64,000 bases of DNA from an uncultured virus (IMG/VR IMGVR_UViG_3300037067_013258). Lineage: Duplodnaviria; Heunggongvirae; Uroviricota; Caudoviricetes. Numbering within the stretch: position 1 is the first letter of the stretch; each line of letters begins with the position of its first letter. The DNA lies in the IMG/VR virus record IMGVR_UViG_3300037067_013258; one strand, given 5' to 3'. This document shows positions 9,319 through 19,625 of the stretch, piece by piece. The notes below the pieces were generated by a model. It was not told the origin of the DNA. It saw only the letters and a program-made list of their open reading frames with translations, and searched no databases. The position numbers were made by a program, and so were the translations under genes.

Positions 9319-9978
9319 TTAAAATATTTCTGGCAACTTCTCCTGCAATTCCTTTTGCAATGGCAACATCAATTCCCGCATTTGTGGATGTGCAGCATAA
9401 TCACAACGTAAAGAAAAAATGTGCTGCCACTCCCTCAAATTTGCGGTAATAACAATTTCAGTTTTAATTGAATTAGGAAGTACAGACCGGGCTTGCTGTG
9501 GTGTCCAACCCAATTTCAATAATTCAAGATAGTATTCTTCACTTTTATACATACTATCAACCCATAACTTTTGTGAATCGTCAATTCTCATATCATATGC
9601 AGGCTGTTCAATGTTTTTTATATACTTACCGGAAACCAAAAAACACCATTCAGGAATAATAAAAGTTAATTGATTTCCAAATTTGTCTTTACTATAATTA
9701 CAATATCGTGTACTTTCTTGACTAAACGACGCAATCCTATGACGCACCAATTCATGAGAAACTCCCCGATCACAGATAAACTTTATAGTAATTATCTCAT
9801 GCTCTAATACTGAAAAGTGCTTTCTGCCCTTTATGTTTTCCACAAACTTGATTGCAGAATCCTCTGTGATTTTTTCTTCACTCTTGTAACAAACTCTTCC
9901 GCATAGTTCAATTTTTTTAAGAATTGCCACACGGTCAATCTGTGTCATAATTTCATAGCTTGGTTTAATTAGTATCAT
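9319..9978 (-). CDS. thyX: FAD-dependent thymidylate synthase
   Basis: HFSVLEH, RGVSHELVRHRIASFSQESTRY, ARSVLP, NLREW. Confidence 0.97.
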   Translation of the reverse strand: MILIKPSYEIMTQIDRVAILKKIELCGRVCYKSEEKITEDSAIKFVENIKGRKHFSVLEHEIITIKFICDRGVSHELVRHRIASFSQESTRYCNYSKDKFGNQLTFIIPEWCFLVSGKYIKNIEQPAYDMRIDDSQKLWVDSMYKSEEYYLELLKLGWTPQQARSVLPNSIKTEIVITANLREWQHIFSLRCDYAAHPQMRELMLPLQKELQEKLPEIF

Positions 9979-9984
9979 CTACCT

Positions 9985-10344
9985 TTACCTTCCTTTTATT
10001 TGTGTATGCTCTGAATCATACAAAGCATTAAAGATACCGTCACCCTCTTCAAATTCAAGCAAACAAAGATTTGCAATGTCAACTAACACCTCCTTATTTT
10101 TTGTCTTCCTGTACAAAAGTATTCTTTTTTCAATGCTTTTTATTCTATCATATTCTGCCTTATCAATCCCATTTAATTTGCCGTAACGAAAAGCACCCAT
10201 CAACAACCTGTTTTTCATCAACTTTTCAAAATAACATGACCACTCTGATTTTTTTAATTGCATAAAATCCTCTTTACCATAATTCATTTCAGAAAATCCA
10301 CATTTCCACAACCATAAATTTTTAAGGAAAAATTCTCTTTTCAT
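9985..10344 (-). CDS. Putative all-alpha dNTP pyrophosphohydrolase-like protein
   Basis: RLLMGAFRYG...EVLVDIANLCLLEFE resembles the MazG/DUF550-like helical motif. Confidence 0.4.
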   Translation of the reverse strand: MKREFFLKNLWLWKCGFSEMNYGKEDFMQLKKSEWSCYFEKLMKNRLLMGAFRYGKLNGIDKAEYDRIKSIEKRILLYRKTKNKEVLVDIANLCLLEFEEGDGIFNALYDSEHTQIKGR

Positions 10345-11246
10345 TTTACAAGCACCTGGTAGCAAGCAAGAGTGAGCCCTGCTTTACCTGTAGCATAAAA
10401 TGGTTCCCTAAACTCATAAATAACCTGTGCTGCCCGGTCATCCTGCTTTCCATTCAACAAAACTGCATTCATATACCCAATTACTGCATACCGTATTTTC
10501 TCAGGGTCAATATCTTTTAACCCTTTAAGAATTGCAGCACATTCACTCCATGACACACCCTTAAACAACCCCTGGCACAGCTCTTTGACTTCCGCATCTT
10601 CGATTGATCCCTCTTTAACCACCTTTAATGCTTTTGCCCTTTCCATTCCCACCACTTTTTCAAGCAATTTCAAAGCATTCCTGGACGACCCCTGACAATT
10701 GTCTGCAATTGCCTCTGTGACATCCTCGTGCACATCAATATGCTCTTTTTCAATCACCCTGGAAAGAACTTTATAGATTTGCTGCTCTGATAGTGTATCG
10801 AAATTAAATACAGTACATCTGCTTCTTATAGTGGGCAAAAGCTTTTGTGGATCTGTGGTACAAAGGAAAAAATACACGTGCTTTGGTGTGTCCTCAAGTG
10901 TTTTAAGCATATTATTCTGAAAAGTACCTAAAGTCATATGTACTTCATCCAGTATAAATGCCCAGCTCTTAAACTCACCAATTGGTCTTGTTTGCATCTG
11001 CTCTGCTATTTCCCTGGCGATATCAATCCCCCTGTTATCAGCTGAATTGATTTCTATAACAACTGCATTAACCAATGATGCACAAATACGGGCAGCCGTT
11101 GTTTTTCCACATCCTGGATTACCTGTGAATAAAAAAACGTGTGAATGATTCTCTTTTTCAAACTGCTTTTTAAGGCTTGCAATCTGATCCTTGTTTCCAA
11201 CCATTTCATCAAATGAATTTGGCCTGTATTTTAAATACAATTCCAT
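10341..11246 (-). CDS. dnaX: Clamp loader AAA+ (DnaX gamma/tau-like)
   Basis: LYLKYRP..F, GNPGCGKTT, ILDEVH, PTIRSRC. Confidence 0.9.
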   Translation of the reverse strand: MELYLKYRPNSFDEMVGNKDQIASLKKQFEKENHSHVFLFTGNPGCGKTTAARICASLVNAVVIEINSADNRGIDIAREIAEQMQTRPIGEFKSWAFILDEVHMTLGTFQNNMLKTLEDTPKHVYFFLCTTDPQKLLPTIRSRCTVFNFDTLSEQQIYKVLSRVIEKEHIDVHEDVTEAIADNCQGSSRNALKLLEKVVGMERAKALKVVKEGSIEDAEVKELCQGLFKGVSWSECAAILKGLKDIDPEKIRYAVIGYMNAVLLNGKQDDRAAQVIYEFREPFYATGKAGLTLACYQVLVK

Positions 11247-11407
11247 GTTAATTAACCTCCTGTATTTTTATTATTTCATATTGCCCTTTTCTTACTGCAT
11301 GTTTTAACTCTATTTCACTTTCTGCATACAATCGTACAGCATCTTCATTTAAGGATTCCAGGTACAACACATCATGCAGTTTCACGTCACCTACTACATA
11401 TTCAATT

Positions 11408-11701
11408 CTAAATTCTTTGTTCATGTTTTACTCCTTTTAACTGTCCTACTCTAGGCCAGTATAAATAATGGTTATCAACCAATACAAGGTAAGACACATG
11501 ATTTCTTTTCTTTCCGTCACTTAATTTTGATTTACTATACTTTGCAAACTGTTCATAAGTTTTTCCTATAAAACACCTTAAAGGATAATTATAAAACTGA
11601 ATACCAGCAGGAATAACAGCCACAATCACACCTTGCTTTTTCGTAAAACTGCTTTCCCATTCAACACAATCACCCACTTTAAAAATATTAGTTTGTTTCA
11701 T
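11408..11701 (-). CDS. Hypothetical protein (SH3-like)
   Basis: FKVGDCVEW...SYLV...YWPR. Confidence 0.55.
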   Translation of the reverse strand: MKQTNIFKVGDCVEWESSFTKKQGVIVAVIPAGIQFYNYPLRCFIGKTYEQFAKYSKSKLSDGKKRNHVSYLVLVDNHYLYWPRVGQLKGVKHEQRI

Positions 11702-11702
11702 A

Positions 11703-11891
11703 TTAAACACCTTCCTTTAATTTAAAATTCACTCTCTGCTTTCTTGCAGCATCTTGACCCACATTAAAATTCTTTACCTGCCTATAATATCCGACAATGC
11801 GGGTGTACACCTCTGTCTCTGTACCCTTAACATTATCCAAAGAATCCTTTAACACTTTAATTCTATTTTCAATCTGTTTTATTTCTGACAT
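11703..11891 (-). CDS. Stand-alone NrdD C-terminal glycyl-radical peptide
   Basis: TEVYTRIVGYYRQVKNFN matches the RxxGY glycyl-radical loop of class III RNR; only 62 aa. Confidence 0.8.
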   Translation of the reverse strand: MSEIKQIENRIKVLKDSLDNVKGTETEVYTRIVGYYRQVKNFNVGQDAARKQRVNFKLKEGV

Positions 11892-14479
11892 GAAAGCACC
11901 CCCATGTTTTCCATTTCTGCCCATGACCCCCCGATACTTGACCTTTCTTTTTCAATCTTTAATGGCACTATTAACCAATCATAAATTTTTGGCAGTATGT
12001 TTGTTACAAAATCATAATACATAAAATCAATTTCCTTTTCATCATCCGGGTGCATGTTCCAAAAAGTACTGTCATACACCTGGTTGATTAAAAAACTTCT
12101 TTTGATTTTTCGTTTTTTCAATTCTTTTGAAATCCAAATAATCAGTTGCAATAAACAATGAAAAGCACATCCTTGTGCAGGGTAACAAATCACATCATTC
12201 TTTTTCATCCACCCCTGCAACCTAAACCCGGTCAAAGTGTCAATGTAGCCATTTTTTAAATATTCCCTATAAATGCTTTTCTGCCATTCTGCATAAACAT
12301 GAAATTTTTCCCACAATGCCCTTTCAACTATTTTCACATGCTCTTCAAAATCAAAATAATTCTGTATTCCACATTCCCTTAAATGTTGTTTAGTCACATC
12401 TGGCATATTTTTCCATAAATCAGGAGCAGTCTGTTTGTAATAACTACCGTAAAAAGTAGCAAACACAAAACTATTTTTACAAACAAAAGCCTCGATCTTG
12501 TCTATGTCCTTTTTTTCCTTCATAAAAAGAATAACGGCTTGATCCGTATGTAAATGTGATTTTTCCTGTCTCACATATTCCAATAAAACCGGGTCTTTAT
12601 TAATGCAAGCATTTATACAAACTTCGAGCTGCTTAAAATCATACTCAATTAAACAGCACTCTTCTCTGGGAACCACCAAAGAACGCATTATAGTCTTTGT
12701 TTCCTCATCTCTTTTTGCTATGTTTGCAAAATTAGGGTCACTGGTAGACGGTCTAAATGTTCTTGCAGTATTCAAATTAAAATTGGGATGCACCAAATCG
12801 TCTACAACTTCCCTTTCAAATTGATCAATACAGGCTAAAGTTCTTTGCCATTTCTTCCACCTCAAAATCAATTTAATGAACGGATACTTCTTTTCATACC
12901 TTGGCAAATTCTTTTTATCAAGTGAGGGTTGCCCTTTTTTTGTCAGCTCTTCCTTTTTTGTGGGTTTCGGTATCTTAAGAATATCAAAAAGCAGTTTCGG
13001 CAAATCCTTGTTACTGGTGTATGAAAACTTTTTTACAGAATCCCACTTATTTGCAACCTCTTTTGACTGCATTATTTCAGCATCCAATTGCTTTAGCTTT
13101 CCCTCAATTTCTTTTTTAGTTTGCTGCAATAATTCTGTATTAATCCTTATTCCTTTTTGTTGTGCATCAAGCAAATACGTTCCACCTTCAATCAATAAAC
13201 CAAGCCCTTTTTTTTGAAAACCCCTTAATTCCTTTTCAAAGTAATCGCCTAACTTATAGCAAAGCAAAGAATCAAGACCGTTATAAAGTAAAAGCTCATC
13301 TAAATCTGCTTTTTCTATTTCATTAAATGAATTACTTGATTTTTCATTCTCCCCTTTTCTTTTACTCTTAATATACCTTTCAATTTCAGAATCATAGCCA
13401 AGCATTCCAAACAAAACATACACCCAAAATTTAAGCCCCGTCCTCATCCGATTACTGAAGCAATGAGCAGCAAGCATAGTATCATACAACTTTCCGACCA
13501 TATTGTATTTCAAAGTAGTCTGTGTCCACATACCCTCAAATCTGATATTGTGTGCTCTGATTTCCTTATCACCTTTCAACAACATTTTCCATACTTCTTG
13601 AAACTCTTCATCCTTAAAATTAGGGAACGAATAGGCAAACATCCCATCACTGAATGACATGCACTTAATCTCGTGCCCTTTCCTATGAGGCTTTAGTCCA
13701 GTTGACTCATAGTCAATTCCAATTATTTCAGCTTTATCGATTGCATTATTTATCCAGGATATCGCTTGCTGCTTATTTTGGGTTGTAAATACCTCCGATT
13801 GATAATTATTAACGTAAAAAGGCTTTTGCATAATGTCCAGAACCTTTTTAAGATTACGTTCCCACAAAAGCCTGACAGACGTATCTTTTACTCTTCCTGT
13901 TTTATAATCCTTGCTATTTTCTTCACTCCTTATAACATACGAAGGGTGATACATTACACCAATCCACATTTTAAAAGCCTGGTCAGGTATGCATTGCCCC
14001 ACAAAATCCTTAAATTGATGTTTTGATAAATGCTTTTGCACCTTTACACCCAATAAACTCTTGAAAGCAGTCTCACCCAAAAGAAGAATTCCAACAGGCT
14101 TATATTTTTCAATCGCATTAATCACATTCACCTTACAACATTCTACCTGCTCATTTGTCGGCTTTGCATTATTTAGTGGTCTGCATATAATTGCATTTGT
14201 TTTCCAAAAATCAACGTTTAAATCATAACCAAGTTTTTCAAGAGATTCTCTTAAAAATTGTCCAGCATCACCAATAAGATGCATACCTTTTTCATCCTCT
14301 TGTCTGCCAGGAGCTTCAGCAATAATTAATATTTTCTTTTTTCCCTCACCTGTAGGTTTCATCTTTGGTGTCTTGCATGTCCTGAATAACCCGCAGGTGA
14401 AACAATCCATTTGCTTTTTCCCTTTTTTATGTGCTATCACTTCATTAAAAAGTGAATCATCAAAAAAACCTAACTGCAT
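11879..14479 (-). CDS. polA: Family A DNA polymerase with N-terminal uracil-DNA glycosylase domain and 3'-5' exonuclease
   Basis: UDG family-4 motifs CxxC, AEAPG, CRP, YHPS. Exo motifs DYESTG, HNIRFE, YNGLD. Pol motifs DFKQLE, K...FYG, QVYDS. Confidence 0.92.
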   Translation of the reverse strand: MQLGFFDDSLFNEVIAHKKGKKQMDCFTCGLFRTCKTPKMKPTGEGKKKILIIAEAPGRQEDEKGMHLIGDAGQFLRESLEKLGYDLNVDFWKTNAIICRPLNNAKPTNEQVECCKVNVINAIEKYKPVGILLLGETAFKSLLGVKVQKHLSKHQFKDFVGQCIPDQAFKMWIGVMYHPSYVIRSEENSKDYKTGRVKDTSVRLLWERNLKKVLDIMQKPFYVNNYQSEVFTTQNKQQAISWINNAIDKAEIIGIDYESTGLKPHRKGHEIKCMSFSDGMFAYSFPNFKDEEFQEVWKMLLKGDKEIRAHNIRFEGMWTQTTLKYNMVGKLYDTMLAAHCFSNRMRTGLKFWVYVLFGMLGYDSEIERYIKSKRKGENEKSSNSFNEIEKADLDELLLYNGLDSLLCYKLGDYFEKELRGFQKKGLGLLIEGGTYLLDAQQKGIRINTELLQQTKKEIEGKLKQLDAEIMQSKEVANKWDSVKKFSYTSNKDLPKLLFDILKIPKPTKKEELTKKGQPSLDKKNLPRYEKKYPFIKLILRWKKWQRTLACIDQFEREVVDDLVHPNFNLNTARTFRPSTSDPNFANIAKRDEETKTIMRSLVVPREECCLIEYDFKQLEVCINACINKDPVLLEYVRQEKSHLHTDQAVILFMKEKKDIDKIEAFVCKNSFVFATFYGSYYKQTAPDLWKNMPDVTKQHLRECGIQNYFDFEEHVKIVERALWEKFHVYAEWQKSIYREYLKNGYIDTLTGFRLQGWMKKNDVICYPAQGCAFHCLLQLIIWISKELKKRKIKRSFLINQVYDSTFWNMHPDDEKEIDFMYYDFVTNILPKIYDWLIVPLKIEKERSSIGGSWAEMENMGVLSCQK

Positions 14480-15579
14480 TATTTTATGACTCCTTTTTGT
14501 CTAAGAAAGGTAAAAGCAAAAAGTCTATCATTTAAATTTGTAAATGTTGCTTCTTTGCCACCCCCATTTTTTAAAAATGAAAATGTAAGCTTTTCTCTTA
14601 AACCAAACTTTAATAAATCCAGATTAACTGACACAAAAAAATCTTCAAAAGAACCCATTTTTCCTTCCCACTCAACAAATTCCTCAAATTCACCCCTATT
14701 TTTTTTAGCACTTACTGTCAAACCATTACTGGAAAAACAAAGATCTACTTTAAAAATATCATTATATTTTTCAATAAAAAGCAGGGCTCTGTCAAGTATT
14801 CCCTCTAAATTACCAGGTAAAAAAGCATTAAAAAAGGCACCCTTTTTAAAATGAGAGTTCTTAACCCGTTCACAATCAACTAGTGGAAACTTGTAATCAA
14901 TCAACCTGGAACTAAAAACTATTTTTCCATCATCTGTTGAAAAGTGTGCCCAATCTTCCGATACACAATATTTTTTTAACCCTTCAATTTTCATAATATT
15001 TTTTATACAGTTTTCTGTAATAAAAAAAGCATCCATTTCACTATTTAATTTAAACCAAGACATACAATTACCTGCGGCACTGTACACATCACATCCACTA
15101 ATATTGACACCTGCTTTATAGCTTTCCATTACTATCGATGAAGAAATAAAAGAAAAATTAAGGGCTTGAAAAAAATTATCAGGGATTGCTTTCCATTCAA
15201 CACCTTTCAACACATTTTTAAGTTCCTTCACACCGCCATCTATGCAATAATTATTATCGTCTGAAACAGTCCCTGATAATTTCACATTCATTTTACCGTC
15301 TTTTATTATCAGTGTATCATCTTCATATAACAGCACGATGTCATTGCCTTTCATCCTGTCAAAAATCCCTTTTAATTCCTTTGCATTTATCAGCATATAA
15401 TCGATATCAAAATCATCTGATAATTTTACTGATATGCTCATATAATTATTATAAGCGTGCACAAAACCGTCCTTAAAAAGAAAGCAATCAAAATTTGCAT
15501 TGTAAAGGCCACTTTTCTGTTCAACAACCGGAAAGCACTTTTTTAAAATTTCATTGAAATTCACTCTGTTAACTATCAT
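14479..15579 (-). CDS. DNA sliding clamp (DnaN-like)
   Basis: 366 aa from the RBS-supported MIVN start; beta-rich pattern; next to polA, with a clamp loader nearby. Confidence 0.7.
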   Translation of the reverse strand: MIVNRVNFNEILKKCFPVVEQKSGLYNANFDCFLFKDGFVHAYNNYMSISVKLSDDFDIDYMLINAKELKGIFDRMKGNDIVLLYEDDTLIIKDGKMNVKLSGTVSDDNNYCIDGGVKELKNVLKGVEWKAIPDNFFQALNFSFISSSIVMESYKAGVNISGCDVYSAAGNCMSWFKLNSEMDAFFITENCIKNIMKIEGLKKYCVSEDWAHFSTDDGKIVFSSRLIDYKFPLVDCERVKNSHFKKGAFFNAFLPGNLEGILDRALLFIEKYNDIFKVDLCFSSNGLTVSAKKNRGEFEEFVEWEGKMGSFEDFFVSVNLDLLKFGLREKLTFSFLKNGGGKEATFTNLNDRLFAFTFLRQKGVIK

Positions 15580-15682
15580 ATTATTTATACTCCTTATTTG
15601 TTTTTTTTTCCATTCATTATAAAGGCAATGTTCATTTTTTGACAAAGCCCCATTTTTTGTTATTGTGCACCCCTTAACCCAA

Positions 15683-15901
15683 TCACAAAATGAATAATGA
15701 TGATCTAAAACCCATATACACATAATCTTTATTTTTGTGTATTAAAATAGTCTTTCCAATGACCACACCAAACTGTTTGTCAAATTCAACCTGGCATGCT
15801 GCTTTAAGCTTTTCTTTATTTTCACTCAAACTGTCTCCCAATTGCTCAATAATAGCTTCAATATTTTCAATTTCAACTGTTTTCTTAAATTTTTGTTTCA
15901 T
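15683..15901 (-). CDS. Hypothetical protein, possibly frameshifted
   Basis: ORF track; a protein-like continuation lies in the +1 frame. Confidence 0.45.
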   Translation of the reverse strand: MKQKFKKTVEIENIEAIIEQLGDSLSENKEKLKAACQVEFDKQFGVVIGKTILIHKNKDYVYMGFRSSLFIL

Positions 15902-15915
15902 AAAACACACTCCTT

Positions 15916-17358
15916 TTACTCCTGTTTTTTACCAGGTTTGTTATATTTTTGCTTTTCTTTAGGGATGAAAACTTCATCCACATATTTACTATCAACACAG
16001 GGATTCCCTATGTCTAAACACTGTAAAACATATGCTTGTTTAAAATTTCTTTTTCCCTCTCTTACAAACAAATTTGCAATTCGTACAGCTGAATTGTTTT
16101 CATCGAATGAATTTTGATTTATTGCAAACATAGCCTCCACATGCCCCGATTTTCTTTTATCCTCCGGCACCATTGCTTTTGTTATGTCTTTATCATAACC
16201 AAGCTTAGAACACTGTGTTGCAGAAAATACACAACACTCTCTTTTTTGTGACATCCCCCGCATACCGCCCCATATATCATTCAATTGATGTCTTGTTTCA
16301 CTTTTCATAAATCTAATACTTGGCAATAAATTGTCACCGTAATCAATCACAATTAAATGAGGATTATAATTGTAAAAATATAAAAGATTGTCTATTTCTA
16401 TATTCAGCTCTTTTAATCCAGCTGAACCTACGGGAAAAGTTAAAAATACAATATTTCCTGATTTATAATACATTCTAAAGGTGGCTTGATCCTTTTCTAT
16501 AGTGCTACAATCCACACCTTCGATTTCTTTTTTCTTAAATTTCACATTAAATAATTTATCTTGTGTTTCATCCTCTTCAAAAAAGGGAATATCAACCTCT
16601 TGTTTTTCTCTTGGTCTTCTTTTCAAATATTGCCATGATCTTCTACCCATTTGATCTTCATCCATTTCCAATGATACATAGATAACATGCAGACCATAAC
16701 TCATAGCAATTTGTGCTGTATACATTAACCACCAAGTCTTTCCCATTTTTTCACCCGCAATAAAAGAATAAAATCCCTTTTTCCTAAAAAAACCACACAC
16801 TTCGCCAAGCACCCCTGGAAACTTAAATAAAAAGTTATTTTCTACATTAAAAGCACTTTCAATCCTTTGAGAATCTCTTAATAAAAAAAATGGTTTCGTT
16901 TTCTGTATTTCAACCCTTCCATAATTTGCAATAGCATTTTCTCCATATGTTGGATCATTCTTTTGTACAGATATTTCTAACTGCTCTTTTAAAATATCAA
17001 GCGAACGCACCTTAAAATATGTAATCGCCTTTGAAACAATTACAGATATATTGCCTAAATCCTGATAACTTTCCCATTCACTCGATAGTGATTTCAAAAA
17101 ACTTGATACCATTTCCAGTTCATCTTCATTTCGGATTGTACTATACCGGGATTCATAAATATCTTGTATATGTTTTCCAGGTGCTTCCTGATATTGATTA
17201 AAATGGTCAACTATCCACCCACACAATAAACGGGAATATGTTGATTTAAAATATTTTGAATTTATAGCCGGAAGTATTTCCTTAAGAAATTGTGAAGACA
17301 CAATCATATGGATGAGTATCTTCCGCTCCTGTGACAGATCAATTTTTTCTTGTTTCAT
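15916..17358 (-). CDS. DnaB-like replicative helicase
   Basis: AGEKMGKT, YVSLEM, IVIDYGD, SATQ. Confidence 0.88.
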   Translation of the reverse strand: MKQEKIDLSQERKILIHMIVSSQFLKEILPAINSKYFKSTYSRLLCGWIVDHFNQYQEAPGKHIQDIYESRYSTIRNEDELEMVSSFLKSLSSEWESYQDLGNISVIVSKAITYFKVRSLDILKEQLEISVQKNDPTYGENAIANYGRVEIQKTKPFFLLRDSQRIESAFNVENNFLFKFPGVLGEVCGFFRKKGFYSFIAGEKMGKTWWLMYTAQIAMSYGLHVIYVSLEMDEDQMGRRSWQYLKRRPREKQEVDIPFFEEDETQDKLFNVKFKKKEIEGVDCSTIEKDQATFRMYYKSGNIVFLTFPVGSAGLKELNIEIDNLLYFYNYNPHLIVIDYGDNLLPSIRFMKSETRHQLNDIWGGMRGMSQKRECCVFSATQCSKLGYDKDITKAMVPEDKRKSGHVEAMFAINQNSFDENNSAVRIANLFVREGKRNFKQAYVLQCLDIGNPCVDSKYVDEVFIPKEKQKYNKPGKKQE

Positions 17359-17692
17359 TCAGCAACCTTTCTTGTACATCCTTTACAACCTTACTTATAC
17401 AGTTACAGCATTCCACGATTCCATATGGTTTTTCGCCTTTAAAAGCACATCTAAATAATCTATAGTATTTTTCATCCTTGACTATTTTTTTACCACAAAT
17501 TTCACAAACATAAATTTTCCTTGCTCTATAACATTTTACTTTTCTTTCTTTATATTTACACAAAATAATCCTTATAAACGGAATTTTTAAAATATAATAC
17601 TTACATTTTCTACAATTAATAGAACCCACACGGCACCATACATCATTATTGAGACAATCTGTTTCAATTATAGTAGTACTTCTATTTGTCAT
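17339..17692 (-). CDS. Cys-rich hypothetical protein
   Basis: Several CxxC pairs. Confidence 0.5.
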   Translation of the reverse strand: MTNRSTTIIETDCLNNDVWCRVGSINCRKCKYYILKIPFIRIILCKYKERKVKCYRARKIYVCEICGKKIVKDEKYYRLFRCAFKGEKPYGIVECCNCISKVVKDVQERLLNETRKN

Positions 17693-17712
17693 TTTATATT
17701 CTAATAACACAG

Positions 17713-19407
17713 CTACTTTCCTTTCTTAAATTCTGCAATCAAATCATGCAATATTCCAGCATCAAAATGTTTTGTCTTATCATCTCCGTCTAACACTTTA
17801 TTGACATTACTTGATTTTCTCTGTATTATCTGAATAATTGTTTCTTCAATAGTTCCTAATGCAATCAAATAGTAAATACTAACAGAGTTTAACTGACCCA
17901 GCCTATGAAGACGGTCGGATAGTTGCTCATGCTCTGCTGCATTCCATCCTAATTGCACAATCACCATATTTGATGCTGCCGTCAACGTTATTCCTTCACC
18001 CATAGCATTAATCTGACCAACTAACAATTGAACAGACTTATCATTTTGGAACCTGTCAATTATCACCTGTCTTTTTTCCATGGACACAGACCCGTCAATT
18101 TTGTCACACTTAAAATATTCAACCAGATCATCAATTGCTTTTCTGTGGTATATACCAACAACAAGCTTTTCACCGGATTCTAAAAAGTTTTCAATCCACT
18201 TTACAACAGAGTCCCTTTTTGCAATATAGGCATGTTGCTTAAGTATCTCGAAAACGCCCTTCATTTTAATTTTTATCTTTTTTCCCTCTGCATGAATTGC
18301 GTTATTTTCAATCCATTCTTTTAATGCCTTTGTAGAATTATTATACTTTTCTAATTCAATGTCTCCCACGTCAATATTTTGTATGATGACATTTTTCTCT
18401 GGTAATTCTTTCAGCACATCATTTTTCTTGCGCCTTATCATTACTGATTGTAATAAGTTCCTTAACTCCTGCCAATTTTCCAATCCATTATAAGTCCAAC
18501 CCCAATACCCTTTCTTTGCCCCACAATACTTTTGTAGAAATGCCCACTTACTTGAAAAATTAACAGGATCAACCAGGTTTAAAATAGTAAAAAACTCTGA
18601 CACCCTATTTTTTATTGGTGTGCCTGATAAACCAATAATACAATTTTTTATCTGCTTTGAAATAGAGACAACTGCTTTTGCACGTATACTTGACCCCTCT
18701 CCTATTCTGTGGACTTCATCTATAATGATTGCTTTCAACTTGCATTCCTTTAACAACTCAATCCATCCATGAAGAGCTACAATTTTTCCTTTTTTTAATG
18801 TGTTGCCTTCTTTGTCTTTCTGTCTTTCAGCAGTTGCAAGTATGTCATAGTTAATTATGTAAATTGATGAATCTTTATAAAAATAATTTCCTAATGGATT
18901 TCTACCGTTAAGAATTTGCACCTTTTCACCTGTTAACCATTTATCAATCTCACGCTTCCAATTAATCTTTATAATTGCAGGGCACACTACCAGGGCAGGC
19001 CTTAACTCCGGGTGAAGCTTTAAATAACCTAATGATTGGGCTGATTTTCCTGTTCCCATTTCATCCCCTATAACACCTAACCCCTGATTGTTTTCAAGAA
19101 ACTGTACACCTTCTATTTGATACTCACGAAAACCAAGAAATAGACTCTTGTCAATTGCTTTTATTTTACTCTTTTTATGTTCAATTGCCTGTGTATAATC
19201 TGCAATTGAAAATTCCATTTCAAAACCAAAACTGAACAATAGATCATAATTTGTTTTTGATGCCGGACAAACCCAATAAGTTTTTTTAAAATCTCTGCCT
19301 ATTAAAGTTTTCACCTGTTCAAGTATTTTATTAAAAACTTCTCTTTTAGGGTCTGAAAAAGTTACTTTAAATTGTTTGTCTTCTCGAACCCAATAAACTT
19401 TTTTCAT
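17713..19407 (-). CDS. SNF2-family (HARP-like) helicase
   Basis: DEMGTGKS, LVVCPA, IIDEVH, LSGTP, EGITLT, DRLHRLGQ. Confidence 0.92.
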   Translation of the reverse strand: MKKVYWVREDKQFKVTFSDPKREVFNKILEQVKTLIGRDFKKTYWVCPASKTNYDLLFSFGFEMEFSIADYTQAIEHKKSKIKAIDKSLFLGFREYQIEGVQFLENNQGLGVIGDEMGTGKSAQSLGYLKLHPELRPALVVCPAIIKINWKREIDKWLTGEKVQILNGRNPLGNYFYKDSSIYIINYDILATAERQKDKEGNTLKKGKIVALHGWIELLKECKLKAIIIDEVHRIGEGSSIRAKAVVSISKQIKNCIIGLSGTPIKNRVSEFFTILNLVDPVNFSSKWAFLQKYCGAKKGYWGWTYNGLENWQELRNLLQSVMIRRKKNDVLKELPEKNVIIQNIDVGDIELEKYNNSTKALKEWIENNAIHAEGKKIKIKMKGVFEILKQHAYIAKRDSVVKWIENFLESGEKLVVGIYHRKAIDDLVEYFKCDKIDGSVSMEKRQVIIDRFQNDKSVQLLVGQINAMGEGITLTAASNMVIVQLGWNAAEHEQLSDRLHRLGQLNSVSIYYLIALGTIEETIIQIIQRKSSNVNKVLDGDDKTKHFDAGILHDLIAEFKKGK

Positions 19408-19415
19408 TATTCCCT

Positions 19416-19625
19416 TTACCACTCATTCACAAAATATGTATTTGATTTCCCTAATAATGGGTGCTCCCCAATCTTAAGCATTCCCTTATGCACCATTTCG
19501 TCAAGTTTTATTTTCGATGTTGTTATTTCACCAATTCTATAATATTCAATGTACTTTCCAATTTCTATTGGATATGGAATATCTTTTTTAAGTTCCTGTA
19601 TAATTTCCTTTTCTCTTTGTGTCAT
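19416..19625 (-). CDS. Small winged-helix-like protein
   Basis: ORF coupled to primase by ATGA overlap. Confidence 0.5.
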   Translation of the reverse strand: MTQREKEIIQELKKDIPYPIEIGKYIEYYRIGEITTSKIKLDEMVHKGMLKIGEHPLLGKSNTYFVNEW

